DNA of 62,412 nucleotides, filler included, from Choristocarpus tenellus KU-1152 (GCA_964200185.2; 12 parts of 12 records of this genome joined end to end with filler, not necessarily neighbours in it), one strand, 5' to 3'; counted from the first letter of the whole stretch, positions 26,248-40,214 are shown. Translations and numbers: made by a program. The notes: generated from the sequence alone by a model not told the origin.

Positions 26248-29200
26248 GTGCGGTCTTGTTGTTGTGATTGACTGGCTGGCTGCTGGGTACCAATTATAGG
26301 CGTGAAACGTACGCCAGGTCGATAGGATAGAGAACTGGTGATGTATGTGCCTCCATGACATCATGCAATATCCTTAATTTTGATGGGTGGGTGTACCTCG
26401 TTACAACCAGGCATGTTGCTACTACAGCTGTCAAGAGGGAGCTGCCCGTCTTACTTCGATGAAGGGAGGAGAGGGCTGCAGTGTTTCCAGTTACTCTCTC
26501 ATGATATTACTGTCGTCATGGCTAAGGGACTAGGGTGTGATACTTGGTGCAATGGCAGTAGGTAGCAAGTCCAATTTTCAAGTACAGAGACATGAAATTT
26601 TTGCTTATCACATAATGCACAGATAATGGTGTACATATATCGATGGGGGAGTTTCGACGTTGCATAAGGTTTGCCGTGAAGGGACACATAGTTGTTCAAG
26701 CCAATCCTTACCTATGTAAAATACGTATTTTCTTCCTGAAATGCCTCCGTATAGTGCTGAGTATAAAATTGGTTTTTGGTTTTGTGGGTAAGGTGGTTTT
26801 CCATGCTGGGGCATTTGCGGATGCCGGATCAGGTCCCTACAGGGACAAAGGTCCCTCCTAGATATTACGTTTACAGAAATGCAAGCAGCCTTCCATCTTT
26901 GCCGCTCATCCACCAGCAATGGTGTAGCTGCCGCTGCAGCTGAGGCGCGAAAGCGCACTCACTACGATATTTCTTTTGACCCTCGTAGATATAACCTCAA
27001 CACCTTCACAGTGGAAAGTATTGGGCGCCTCGGTAAGCAAGCTGAATGTTTTCTGGATGAGCTAGCTACACACGTGGCAGGGGGGAGAGGGGTGGGGGGT
27101 TACAGCAGGAAAGAAGCTGTCAAATCCCGTCTACGACAGATAGTGTCTGTCACAACACAAGTGACTATCAAGATGTGTCATGTGTTATAAGCTGGAGACA
27201 GCGGGAATATTGGCAAGGAGGGACATGTCAGATTCTCGGGGTGCTTCCCTACCTCCTCGCCCTGTGGTGTAGGGCTAAGCTAGGTTGAAGGCATAGCAGG
27301 GGAGTGGCATAGCATAGCTGGTAGTCAAATAGAAAATAGATTTTGGAGAGATATTTTTCACCTTTACGACAACTGTTACTTTTGTAAGGGTCCTTACGAT
27401 ATTGAATTGAATTGACTTTTCCCTGACACATCTATCTGCAAAATGTCAGTGGAGATTATAGTATATATATTATCGAGACGTGTCATGTGTTTAAGCTGGA
27501 GACACGAGGGAGATGGGCAAGGAGGGGCTCGTTAGATTCTTGGGATGCTTCCCTAGCTCTTAACCCTGCGGTGAAGGACTAAGCTAAGTTGGAGGCACAG
27601 GAGGGAGAGGACAACAGTGTAGCATAGATGGGAGTAAAAAGGTAAGAATATAATAGACAAAATATTTTTCACATTTACGACGAGTAGTGGTACATTTTTA
27701 GGGGTTCTGACAAATGAATGGTTTTTCATTGGGTTTTTCCTTACACATCTTCAAAATGTCAGAGGGTAAAATAAAATTATATATACAGTATGACTAAGAA
27801 TGAAGCCGTTGACGGTATACACACGTCATACGAGATTTGTTTCATTGTTCAGATTAAAAAAATTATATAGCATTATACAGCTCCGCTCACCTCCGATTTC
27901 TTATTGAGAAGTCAGAAAATTCCATTAAAAACAGAAGTTAGGTGTCGCAGATTTTCTTTTTTTACAACAAATTAGAATGAATTATAAACCTTCCCTACCT
28001 CCTCACCCTGGGGTGCAGAAATAGCTAGGTTGGAGGCACAGAAAGGCATTGGTACAGCATAGCTGGTAGTAAAGTAGAAAAAAATATATAAAAGTTTATT
28101 TACATTTATGGCAACATTTACGTTTCTAGGGATTTTTCTCGTATGTGAATAGTTTTCATTTTTTTCCGCTAACAAGTCAGAGAAATGTTAGACATCATAA
28201 TAATAAAATATTTATAAATAGTACGTTTCATTAAAACATGCGAGTTGAGCTACCACTAGCAACACTTCACGCACGATGTGAGAAGTCCATTGAATAAAAA
28301 AAGTCCTATATTTTTTTTGGTTCATTTCTAACCACTACATGTATTTTATTTTTAAGAACGAATCTATATTTTATACCCCACCACCACTCCCTCCTAACAT
28401 CCTATACATGAATATCGAATAAATAGTAGTACTAGCGAGTCAAATCGAGAGGTAGGGTTAGGGTTGCATTTTAAGGATCCCGAGAAAGGGCAAAAAAATG
28501 CCGTAATGTACTGTTACAGAAAGAGCCTATTATATTATGCTCAGTTGTTGTGCCACTGACCCAAACTATCTGGGCGGGGGGAGGGGGTCTACACCACAGT
28601 GTCCATTTGGACCAAAACCAGGAAAAGTGCACTTTCATTATCAATCCAACATATGGAACCAAATCACCCAAAAATCGCGACATGAAAAAATTGTCCCCAA
28701 ATGGACAACCCTCCCCCTCCCCCTCCCCAAGATACTTCCAGCCACTTTGTGTGTGGAAAGGGGGGATATCAATTCTACCCACACCAATGAGCACATGAAG
28801 CAATGCAATCGAGCGCACTGCACCGGGTGAGAATGAGAATGAGAATGAGAATGAGAAAGATGACTTTGAATGTCAAAAGGACTTAGAAACCTGCCTACCT
28901 CTCAATTGCATCGACTCTGTGTAATACTATGTGCCTGGTGCATGATGGCGACAATAGTACACTCCTCTTCTTCTCCGGGTTGTGTTCATCGCTGTACATA
29001 AACATTTTTTTTTTTTCTCACACAGGAAAAAAAAGAAAACCTTAATTCCAAGTAGTCAAGTGATGAAAGCAATATCGATAACCGATCTCTTGAGAGTCAA
29101 GCCCCTCACCCAGCTCCCGAAACACCTTTTCATCTATCAGTATTGATGTCTTACACTTGGAATAACGGCAAGGTTGTGCCTGACAGAGGCTCCACTCAGT

Positions 29201-30686
29201 GATGCACACTCCAAAAGCATGCACAATGCCAGCCAACCCATACCAAATCCATGTATCCACAAATAAAAAATAAGAATATTAAATAAGTACATCATTATAT
29301 TATTACCACCAACATTAGCAAAAACTTAGGTCTACACCAGGTCACTGCACACCCTCTCTCCCCTTTGTCAGTAAGAATCAATATCAATGTCAATATGAAG
29401 ACCAAGATCAACACCCATTCAAAACATTTTTTTTTTGGATAGAGGGGGGGCAACAACTGGCAACAACTAACCAATGAAAAAGAGGGACAGCCTGGGATAG
29501 ATATATAGGTGGTACAAAACAAACTCATACAAAACATAAATCTGCCGTCGCATGAATAGATAGTCTTGCTGCGCACACAGGGTAGACCATTAATGCTCAG
29601 TGGAAAGAGCTATGCCAACCAACTAATAGGGGAAGGGGGAGAGATTACTGAAGTATGCTCATAAGCTATCCTCATGCACAACAGATTGAACCAAGCAACT
29701 GTTCCCTTCCCAGTCTCCTTTCTCACACCCAAATAGAGCACACATAATATTGTGCAAGAGCCAATCATCTCAAGCTAGCTATAAGACTGCGTACCATGCA
29801 TAGTAATCAAGAAAAGCACCTACTACTGCTACCGCAACGGCCAAACTGGCCTTCATTACACACACGCCTCCTAACCTCCCACCAAAACCCCCTAACAAGA
29901 GGGAATACCTGCTCTCATCTAACTACCTCTGTGTTGATGCGTCCTCCCTTCCTCTGCTTCCAAAGATAAACCAAAAGGACAACGACCTCACTTAACAACA
30001 AAGAGGTTAAGCTAGACAATACAATGACCTGAGGAAACCAGGCGACTCCCCTGTCCTCCCGGATGAGCTACACCACTAGCTATGTCCTTCCCCCTCTTCC
30101 GACTCATCCTAACACTGCTCTCTTCCAAACCTTTGCTCCTCTCTCTTAAGACTATTTGCGGAACCCCTTCCCCCTTCCACTCCACCCTTCACCACCCATG
30201 ACCTGCGAAGACTCAATCAAGACAACGCCCTCTCACACAATCTTCCAACTGCGAGCCCAGCACATAAGCATCCACTTCTACATCATCCCCCCTGCCCCAA
30301 CCGTCACTTGTACAAAAAGTGCAGGCATGGAGAGGGGTGGGGGTGGGGTGGGGGGTGGGGGGGGGGTGGTGAGGGCAATTCAAAATCGGAAAGATAGATC
30401 GCAGCAATCCTCTCCCAGAACTACCTAAAATTTGAGAACTGCAAAGAGACAGCAAATTGCACAGAGACAAAACTATGGTATTAGAAACTCATCCGCCCCT
30501 CCCTACAAGCGGTCATATACCCCCTCACAGCCGAGTTGTGTTCTGCTGTAAGAGAGGGTACTCGTTGATCAACAGAGGCTTCAACTTGGTGGAAAAAAGC
30601 TCGTACACCCACTTCCGCACCACCTCACTATCACATAGAATCAGGCGAACCAGTGTTCCATAAATCCAGCCCGCGTTCAACTTAAC
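26248..30686 (-). CDS. Internal exons of an uncharacterised gene (30686-30529, ~30011-29927, ~28991-28899, ~26337-26248)
   Basis: AG/GT-bounded open segments VKLNAGWIYGTLVRLILCDSEVVRKWVYELF..., LLTSLLLSEVVVLLVYLWKQRKGG..., DEHNPEKKRSVLL..., SLSYRPGVRFTP.... Phases are mostly compatible, with one junction unresolved. Confidence 0.45.
26850..27451 (+). mobile_element. 3' end of an RLE-type (CRE/NeSL-like) non-LTR retrotransposon
   Basis: LDITF...AAAAAEARKRTHY...TFTVESIGRLGKQAECFLDELA...RLRQIVSV matches the C-terminal restriction-like endonuclease pattern. The 3' UTR ends in a CTGACA...TGTCAG hairpin. Confidence 0.7.
27478..28180 (+). repeat. Two further diverged copies of the same retroposon 3' UTR (~27478-27764 and ~28003-28180)
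   Basis: Shared blocks gtgtcatgtgtt.aagctggagac, gctaggttggaggcacag, gcatagctggtagt and aaaatgtcagag. Confidence 0.75.
28558..28743. mobile_element. MITE family B copy
   Basis: gacccaaactatctggg ... agatacttccagcc, TSD ACT/ACT, internal gtccatttgg/ccaaatggac inverted pair. Confidence 0.85.
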
Positions 30687-31254
30687 CTGGGTTATCAAGT
30701 GACAGTCAGTCAGTTAGTCAGTCAGTCAGTCAGGCACACAGAGAGGCAGAGGGTGAGAGCAAGCTTGAGTTGGATTGAAAGGAAGTGTGTGTACCATAGC
30801 AGGATCCCCCCCTCCAATCGTGCATGCTTTTGTGCTTTTGTGGGTGTCTGAAAAAAGATGCATGCATTCGGAGAGATGGTACCCACTTATAAGGCCTACC
30901 CGCCACAGCAATGGATAGATGTCACCCACTTATGAAACCCAGCAACAAGGACATAGACGATGCGAATCCTTATAAGGTACATTCATCAGGTACATTCATC
31001 AACAGCAACAACTACCACACAATCACTGCAATTCACGTACAAAGGCAAGCAGTGCACTAAGATTGCAGGATCCAAAATGTCACAATCCTTAACTCGACCC
31101 CCCCCCNNNNNNNNNNNNNNNNNNNNNNNNNNNNNNNNNNNNNNNNNNNNTTAATTAATTAANNNNNNNNNNNNNNNNNNNNNNNNNNNNNNNNNNNNNN
31201 NNNNNNACCCCTGGTAGATGCCTGAAAGGAAGTAAACCCCTCTTGGGAGGATGT

Positions 31255-31445
31255 GACTAAAAGTATCTGGGGGGGGGGCAGGGGCGGCTGTCCATTCGGG
31301 GTCAATTTTTTCATGTCGCCATTTGTGGGTGATTTGGTTGCATATGTCGGATAATGTAAGTGCACTTTTCCTGGTTTTGACCCAAATGGACACCCTGGTG
31401 TAGACCCCTCCTCCCCCCCCCTCCCCCCCCCAGATACTTTGGGTC
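31255..31445. mobile_element. MITE family B copy (opposite orientation)
   Basis: gactaaaagtatct ... agatactttgggtc, TSD TGT/TGT. Confidence 0.85.
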
Positions 31446-32413
31446 TGTTTTCGCTGTAGAAAATAAATAAATACATCAACAGCTGCCAACACATCCTGCC
31501 AACTGAAAAGGACCCTCCACCACAGTGCCCCAACTCACACATGCACCAAAAAGGCCGTCGTACACAGACCCTTGCAGTTGAACAACACCCTCCCCTCCTC
31601 GATGGTATCACCCACTACGAAAAGAGCTGTTAACAGCAAATGTCCTATGGCTTTATTGCTCCGCCCACCTCCTATTCATTCTTCGGTGTCATTATGTGTC
31701 ATTATATGTGTATATAAACGTATGTATGTGTATATATATCACAGATATATATATATATAAGCCTTTTTTTTTCATCTTTTTTAGTCCGCTACATGCTCAC
31801 AAAATGGCCATAATTCACACAACTGACTCATTACCTCTTCCCCTGTCCAGCACTAGTTCAAACAGTTAAGCGTGGAGGAGGAAAAATCCCATCTCAACTA
31901 ACGCTGAACAGAGTAAGTATGTAGTATACGATAGAGTAAGTATGTAGTATACAACAGAGTAAGTATGCAGCATACAACAGAGCAAGCACGCAGCACACAA
32001 TAGAGCATACAAAAACAAAGACCGGAAAAAGGGAGCCCCTGCTGAGCCACGATGTCGTTGCAAAAGACACCCAGGCCGCCTAAGAATCTATGAAGCCTGC
32101 ACAAATGGATGGGGTGGACATCTATCTATCTATCTATCTATCTATTTATCTGTCTTGCCAATTAAAAGTGGTGGTAACAGTAAGAGGAAGAACCACTTCG
32201 AAAGTGTAAAAAATTGATATAAGATAAGATAAGAACGACTCAAAGGAGATCAACCTGACAACAGATAAGATAAGATCAACAGACCAGAAAAGATCAACAA
32301 AATGTTTACCAGAAAGGATTGCATCAATCACATGTAGTCACAGCTCAAAAAAATACTCGTAAAAAAACAAAAAAACACTGTCGAAAAAAAAATGAGTAGT
32401 AAATTTCTCTCTC

Positions 32414-32511
32414 GGTAGGTAGGTAGGTAAGAGTAAAAAGGTAGGTAGGTAGGTAGGTAGGTAGGTAAGAGTAAAAAGGTAGGTAGGTAGGTAGGTAGGT
32501 AGGTAAGAGTA
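32414..32511. repeat. Compound (AGGT)n microsatellite with a gtaagagtaaaaa spacer
   Basis: Direct reading. Confidence 0.9.
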
Positions 32512-32791
32512 AAACTATGTACTGATGAAAACAACCCACTCACCAGAGGACACCACCAGTGGCGTAAGTAGTGGCAACGGAAGCGGTACTGTGATTCATA
32601 CAAGGAAAGGCATAATCTACACTATGGTGAAATGTATCATGCCAAGAAAATTCGCTGGGGGGGAGGGGGAGACTGAAGCACCAACATAATTCAAGCAGCA
32701 TTAGCTCTTGAAACATAACCAGAGATTGCTAGTAAATGGAAGAATGAAAACCCACTGACAACCTCACCTGCAACCCCCCCCCCCCCTTAAC

Positions 32792-34286
32792 CTCAACCAC
32801 ATCACCACCATTAACCGATCCTTTCTATTCGCTGTCCAAATCCTTCAAAAACGTGTTTCTAATTATTCTCACTAAGCAGCCTTCCAACTGTTTTTATTTT
32901 TTTTGGAAGAAAGAACACAAAAAGACAACTTACTCATCCATGAGCATGAAACAAACCCTTGAGACAAAAGAACATTGTAATCACAACACACACAACACAA
33001 CACAACACTTTACAGAACAGTACCATATGGCAGTGAGACCAGATGAATGTCTTTCCTTTTACATTCCCCTCCTTAACAGTTGATCTCTAAAAAATGTCCC
33101 AAAAATCAAAATCAAAATCAAAATTACCCCGTCATGAATCTCCAACCCCTCCTGACTATAACTCCTTTTCTTCACCCACAATCACAGGCAATACATACAT
33201 ACATGCGCAATATCATTTCAACACAACAAAATAGCTTGACAAAATCTTTCCTACCACAGCTTGACCCAACCACAACAGCTGCTGCAGCCTTGTCGGAGGT
33301 AATCCATTACCAAACAATAAAAATGTCTGTGTGTATACATACATATGTACATACTACATATACATGTACCATTTTCCAACATTTTTTATATTCCGTAAAC
33401 TACCATTGATGAAACATCATAGAGTGAACATCATAGTGTCATGCCCGCTGATCCATGTCATTTTGTTCAACAATGGAATTTTGAATTGGGAACCCCTCGA
33501 GGAAGTTGTTTGCCTCTATGCGAAAAACGGATCCTATTCCATACTCTACTGTACTGACTGAGCACACATACACACACAATATATATATGTAAACACATAT
33601 ATGTATATATATATGTATATAGGTGGTGACACTAACATCTTTAGACGATCCCACCACCTCTGACAGGTGAAAGAAGAACCTTTCGTCCCTGTCCAACACC
33701 TCAATGAATCCAACACGCCTCTCAGGTTGGACAAGAGACACCACTCCGCAGAGATCGCCCTTGCGGAAGACACCTTCGCACAAAAAAACAAACAAACAAA
33801 AAACAGAAAAAATAAAATAAAAATAGTAAGGAACAAAAAAAATTGAAGGCACGTAAGCTCTGCCACAAAATAGGAACTGAAAAAAAAAAAGCACAAACCT
33901 TTTAATGAAGAAAAAGTTATAATCTGCAGGGTTAGGGTTAGGGTTAAGGTTAGGAAGTCAAATAGACTGTCGTTGTTCACAATAAATTTTGAGTGACAGA
34001 CATTAAAGCAGTGAGAGCATTAGTGGGTTTCTCGTGAGGATAGCGTGAATGACATCTAATGAGATATCTCAAAGTGCACATTGTACCGTCTCCATGACAG
34101 GAATAACTAGGCAAGAAGATCTTCTTCTCCACCTCCAGAGGCATTGCAGAAAAATAATAACAAACACTACTACAAATAATGAGCAACTACTGGACGATGA
34201 TTGTCCAAATAAAAACAAAAAGGTGATGCACTCTTTACTGCTCACTGACAGAAAAATAAATCATGCTCCATAAACTCTGAAGAGAT

Positions 34287-34324
<38 letters not shown>

Positions 34325-34939
34325 GATTTTTTTTCATACAAAATGACTGATAGTTAAAAACAAAAAAAAACGAGATTGAGTAAAAGTAACCAATAGGGTT
34401 CTGAGTAATATTGGTTTCTTAGAGTGAATGTTCAAAAAGGCTTTTTTTCAAATTCGTGCATAAATATAAATATAATCATATAAATATAAAAGTTTGAAAA
34501 AGGGCAATGAGAATTATAATTTTCTTCTGCAAACGTTTGATGTAGATTGAACAAAGAGCACTACATGCAAGTAGACATGCAAGTAGACATGCAAGTAGAC
34601 TGTGTGCTCCAAAAACATATACAACCAGAAATAGAAAGTCAGAAGGGTCAGTAACAACTCATGTGACAGACACCCTTCTCCCTCGAATGCTTGAACTTAT
34701 CGAGACAGGTCTACTCCAGGATACCAACTGAAAAATAAAACTGGGTTATGCCCAACAACACTACACTACTTGGGGGGAGGGTTAGGGCTCTCACCAGTGG
34801 AATCCTTGCCACCGTCTCCTCGCATACTAGTCATTGCCTTCTTGGTGATGAAAACCCGCACTGCTTTCCTCTTCATTGTACTGCCATTCAGAATTTTTTT
34901 ATTTTTTTGTTCAGTATCATCATTCTGAGTATCCTCTCC
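32792..34939 (-). CDS. Multi-cold-shock-domain RNA-binding protein (CSDE1/Unr-like), internal exons 34939-34795, 33773-33637, 32824-32792
   Basis: In-phase splice gives ...RKAVRVFI...G|VFRKGDLCGVVSLVQPERRVGFIEVLDRDERFFFHLSEVVGSSKD|KGSVNGGDVVE, with RNP1-like GFI, RNP2-like FFH and GDxVE. Confidence 0.72.
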
Positions 34940-35329
34940 CTGCAACTGAATCGAGAATACCTTAATCTAATCGTAACCCTATCCGTAACCCTAACAATTT
35001 AAATGACGTAAGAGGGAGGGGGGCTGTGGTTATCACAGTCCTTTCTTTGACTCTAATCTTTTTTTCTTACAAGAATGCGTGCGTATGATTCTAGTCTTTT
35101 TTTCTTACAAGAAGGCGTGTGTATGATTCTAATCTTTTTTCTTACAAGAAGGCGTGAATGAATGTCTCGAGATGCAACACGATCACAGGAATTGCAGGTA
35201 TACCCATCCATGTACAAAAAAAACTAGCCAGGGCTATCTGTGCATCCACAGCAAACTATGATGAACAGCCAAACTACGTACAGACTCAGCCAAGCCCTAA
35301 CTAAGAGTGCCTTGCCCCCTTTAACTTTA

Positions 35330-35330
<1 letters not shown>

Positions 35331-35379
<49 letters not shown>
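35331..35379. repeat. (TAC)n microsatellite
   Basis: Direct reading. Confidence 0.95.
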
Positions 35380-35988
35380 GTGCCTTCAATTTTTTTTGTT
35401 CTTACTATTTTTTTCTTTTTTATTGCTATCTTTATTCTTCTTTTTTTGTTTTAACTCTACAGCCCCAAGCAAAAGGCACTGCCCTTTCAATTTTTGGTAC
35501 GGAGGTCACAAGCAGGCACATCTGCCAGTCACCGTAGGGTGATTCATGCCTGATCGTAGCGCCTTTGCAGATATGTGGAACTCCTTCACCACATTTAATA
35601 CTCTTAATGGTCACTGTTTATTGTTTCTACAGTATCGGTGTCATGGATCCCCCATGTTTATGGTTAAATACGTATGTTTATGGTTGAATGTATACAGTGC
35701 AACATTGGTGTCCATGGCCAAGTCACTGTAGTTATTAGGAAGTGACATTTACCACAACTTGAGACCTGATGTCCCTTGGCACACACAACGAGCATGGTCT
35801 TCCAAGGTGGAGTGGATACACAGGGGGAACTGAATCCATTGAGAGCTAAGTTCCTGGTGAATTAATCAAAATTTGCAATGTGTTCAAGGTCTGGATAGAA
35901 GTAAAGCAAAGCTCTGGGCAGTGAAGGTCACTGAGGTGCAGAAGTGAAAAAAGAAAAAAAATAACGTGCACAAGAGGGAATAAGTCAA

Positions 35989-36038
35989 GGCTCAAAGTAT
36001 CTGGGGGGGGGGGGGGGGGGGGGGGGGTGGGGGGAATG
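35989..36038. mobile_element. MITE family B left end running into the gap
   Basis: ggctcaaagtatct followed by poly-G. Confidence 0.6.
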
Positions 36039-37997
36039 NNNNNNNNNNNNNNNNNNNNNNNNNNNNNNNNNNNNNNNNNNNNTTAATTAATTAANNNNNN
36101 NNNNNNNNNNNNNNNNNNNNNNNNNNNNNNNNNNNNNNCACGTGAGAGGGGGTGGGGTTACGGGGGCGTCAAAGAGGAGGAGGTGTGATTTTTTTGTTGT
36201 TTATTTATTTGTTTCATTGTTGTGGAAATTTGTTGTGTATACAACCTCTCTTTCTCTCTCTCCTTTTTTTTGTTTATTTGGTCATTTTATGTTCCTTTTT
36301 AAAACTGAAATATATATTTTTTTCCCGCTTATCAAGAGTTGCGATCAGTTTTAGCGCATTAACTTTTTGTAGTCAGCGTATTAAATCTTGATTTTTTTTT
36401 ATTGCCCTTTTTCCCCCCCCCCCCCCCCCTATCGTACAATTTAACAGTATGAAAAAAATACAAAACAAATATATGTAGGTGTGTTGATTTAGACGGAAGC
36501 TTAAGATTTTGCTGAAATCGTAATTGTGCATGGCATTGGTGTTGGTTTTCTATGTGGTGTCTGAATGTAATATGTTTGTCCCATGGTCTCCACAGTAGTG
36601 CTCACCATGCCCTCTGTAGGTGAGATGTCCGTCAAGGTGTTCTTGGCGTTTTTCTAGATCGTCTGGGATCACTGGTATTTAGTATGTATGTAGTAGATGG
36701 GGTCAAAATGGACTTGGTAAGGAAAGGGGGGTTGCATGGTGGAACACATTCCATGGGCTAAGTGCGACAGGTAGGCTTAGTGCTCCGTTGATGGAGATCT
36801 TGGTCTTTTGTTTTTTTCATGCCCCTTGTTACCTCTCGTTCTTATTATTTTTTTAGTAAAAAGTCTTGGCATTTACTTTCTTGCTTTATACGGGTGTGAG
36901 TGTGCTGAAGTTTTTCTCTACAGACTTTGCAGATGTTTTTGGCATTTGAGGTGTTGGTAGGTGTATATGTGGCGTGTTTTGTTGTGCGATTCTCGAAAAA
37001 CGAGAGGTACACCTCTCATGACTTTGAAAAAAGAAAAAAAAGATTCCTTGTAAAGCCTTTAGGTTTGGTTGGGATCACGTGCGTTTCGATTTTTGCTGAT
37101 GTATTCTTTTCGTCTCTAGGTGATGGGGATTTGGTTGGGATCACGCGGGCGTTTTGACGATGCTAGTGTTTTCGGCTCCCATTTTTCCCTCTTCTTGGCT
37201 ACCTTCTCAGAGGGTGCCCAAGCACTAGATACTATTTTGTGTCTCCGTTACACAACACAGGGTGAAGTCTCTGTTGGAAGGTACATGACCCTGGCCCTCA
37301 TGCCACTGCTCCCCCTCAGCAGGAAGTAGCCGTAGGATAGATGGGATGACAAGCAAGTGTCCCCTCGCGACTTGGCTAAAAGTTGTAGATGGTGACGCGC
37401 CTGAAATCTGATCAAAAAATGTGTCACATAAGTGATGATTGTGCACTACTTCAAGGGGGAGATTTCGATAAAGTAGGATAATGGCCCTTGACATAGACCT
37501 CTGTTGTGTTGTTTCCGATTTTGTGGTGTGGTTGTGGCTGTTGTGAGGTTTTTTGGTTTTCTAGAGGTCAAGAATCTAGGACTCACTGTTGAAGATGGCC
37601 TTTCACACTTCAGAGTTAACAAAAAAAAGAATGCCTACTTTGACACTAGGAAAGCGAACCACTGTGGAAGGAGGAACTAGGTTGTGGGCCCTGTGATGAT
37701 GATACATGACCTGTACATGCCTTATCCTTTGCCCACGAAACAACACCATTCTGCAAATATAATCAAAGTTGGAGTTGTTGGAATATGTATCTCATCAAGA
37801 CTCTCTTGCCACCAGACCACTATGGGACTTCTGGTTCTCTATTAACACATTGTAAATATAGTCATAATCAATATAAACCTAATCAAGTCACTTCAGATTG
37901 TTTAAAAAACAGTAGCAGAGGTGTGTGCACATTCAAAGTAGATACAATGTCACCCCCCATGGGAAAGACATACATGTCTATCCCCATCTGGACTGCA

Positions 37998-40214
37998 TTA
38001 GTTGACCCTCAAAGATTTATCCAGGTAGTCCTGTGTCTGCTTCCGTGTGCGCTTTGCTTTGGTATCGGCTGCTTGACCCTGCAGCACAGATGCGCTGAAC
38101 CCAATGCCATTCCCATGCGCAGCCGCTCTTGCCCCTCTGGGTAACATCTTGACGGCATTGGACGCAAGATGTCCTACTGTGAGGGCAGCCTTGTACTGAA
38201 GTTCTTCATCAGTTGATCGTGCTCGGCCGAGGCGAAGGAGGGCTTGTATGCCTCCCTCCTCAGCTATGCGAAGATGGTTTTCAAAGTTATCTGCAAGTTT
38301 CAGCAACGCCAGGCCAGCATAGTGGCGAGGCTCTGCCTCAGTTGCCATCATGCTCACCAAGGGACGTAGTGCATTGAGCTCCACCAGCATGATCTGGTGG
38401 GGGGATAGGAGAGGTGGTTTCTCTCATTTCAATAGCATGACAACAAGAGCAACTGATAGTGGGGCGAAATATTTTCCAACGGGGGGGAGGGAAATCAAAT
38501 TTAACTACAATATCAAACAATACTGAACATGACAAAGCACAATCTATCTGTAGTATTGACCCATACACCAAGCACAGTCAAAGGAGGAAGCTGGTGATGT
38601 CCTCACCTGGTACTCATGGTTGCTGGCAAGATGAGCCAGGGAGAAGGCAGCATACTCTTGACATTCCACATCCTCAAGGCAGGCTAAGGCTACCACTGCC
38701 TGTAAGCCACCCTGCCTGGCCAGATCATCGTGGAACTCGCGGGTCTCACACATGAGAGCCAGGAAGTACCCTGCTGCACGTTTTATGTCAATATCCCCCT
38801 TGTTGGCTTCTCTGACAACATTGACCACCGCCCCGAGCTCAACCAGTTGGGCCTTGACAGGGTCGCTCTCTGCTAGGGAACCGAGGGCATAGATTGCAGA
38901 TTTTATGCAGTCACCGTTGGAAGAGCGCACAAGATCCAGGAGTGGGAGCAACCCTTGTTCGTACATGACGGCAACCTTGGTGGAAGCGTGGCAGCCCAGT
39001 GCAAGGGCATTGATGGCTAGGCTGGCGCACTGTTGGACCTCTGTTTCAGGGAAGCGGATAAGATCAATAAGGGCCCGCAGTGCACCCTCCTCTGCGATGC
39101 GAACCTTGTTCGGTGGGCGGCCATGGTCACCCAAGGCAAGACCGGCAAGGGCAAGTGCAGCATAGCGCTGTATCTCTGTATCTGGGAAACGGGCCAGGAA
39201 CGAAAGGGGTCTTACGATTCCTTCCTCAACAAGTCGAACTTTGAAGTTGCCTGAGGCGAGGTTGCAAAGAGTCAAGGTGGAGTACCGCTGGCTGGCAACA
39301 TCGAGAGAACGAGCAAGCTGAAAAAGGGTGGGGAGTGCCCCCTTGATAACAATGGCATCCTTGACATCGTCGCTTGCACTGAGGCAGGCCAGGGTTCGGG
39401 CAGCATCCCGCTGAACCCGTGCGTCGTCGTGCATGCCTACTTTCTGAAGCACCTCAATGCCACCTTCACGAAGAACATCACTCTGAAGATCTAATGAATC
39501 GGCAAGGTTGGCAAGGGCGAAGGTGCAGTTGCGGACAACCTCAAGGTCTTTGTAGAGGCAGCAACTGAGTATCTGGCCAAGACACCCATCCCTCACCATC
39601 TTTTGCTTGTTTTCATCATTAAGAGAGAAGCTGGCAAAGGCTGCTGCGGCAGTGCGCTGGTACTCCACCAATGGACTCTGGGCTAAAGTTAGGAACGGCT
39701 TAAGCAGTCCATCCCTCACAATGCTTACCCTGATCTCTGGGTTGCTGCACAGGAAGCGGAGACCAAAGGCAGCATATCGTTGACAGATATCCTCCACTGA
39801 TTCAGTAAGTCCTACAAGCGCCCTTAGCCCCCCCAAGGTATATATTAGAGAGTGGTTCTCCTCATTACTGGTGAGGTTACTCAGGGCACGTGAGCAGTCC
39901 TGCTGGACTTCATCGTTATCGGCATGGCTCAGGGCAACAAGGACCTGCACAGCACCCTGCTCAACCATGACTGTTTGGTTTTCATGCTCTTCCGATAGGT
40001 TGGCAAGGGTAGCAGCCATTTGACATAGAAGGTCCTCATTGGCCCACTTCACGCAGCGGACAATAGGCTGCAGGACCCCAGCCTCAATAAGTGCCACCTT
40101 AAGGTGGTTGTGTAGGGAGAGATGCCGCAATCCTGCCATGGCAAGTACCTCAAGCTCAATCTCTCGGTCCATTGCTGTGGACACCAGTGCTTCCACCCCA
40201 CCTTCTTCAGCTAT
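37998..40214 (-). CDS. Long armadillo-repeat protein (Vac8-like repeats), last two exons 40214-38607 and 38393-37998
   Basis: ~41-aa repeats of the form GGL..L..L......VQR.AA.AL.NL across a 536-codon exon. Junctions CAG|ATA, CAG|GTGAG and CAG|ATC are in phase. Stop at 37998. Confidence 0.92.

Noticed and set aside
28471-28830. Recurrent small ORFs (GTKSPKNRDMKK...; also at 31159, 45857, 51211, 61319) as a peptide family
   Set aside because: They are translations of MITE family B, and the frames are not conserved between copies.
29043-29133. In-frame TGA in a putative exon as selenocysteine or readthrough
   Set aside because: An earlier donor (TGG|GTGAGG) explains it, there is no SECIS evidence, and the exon itself is uncertain.
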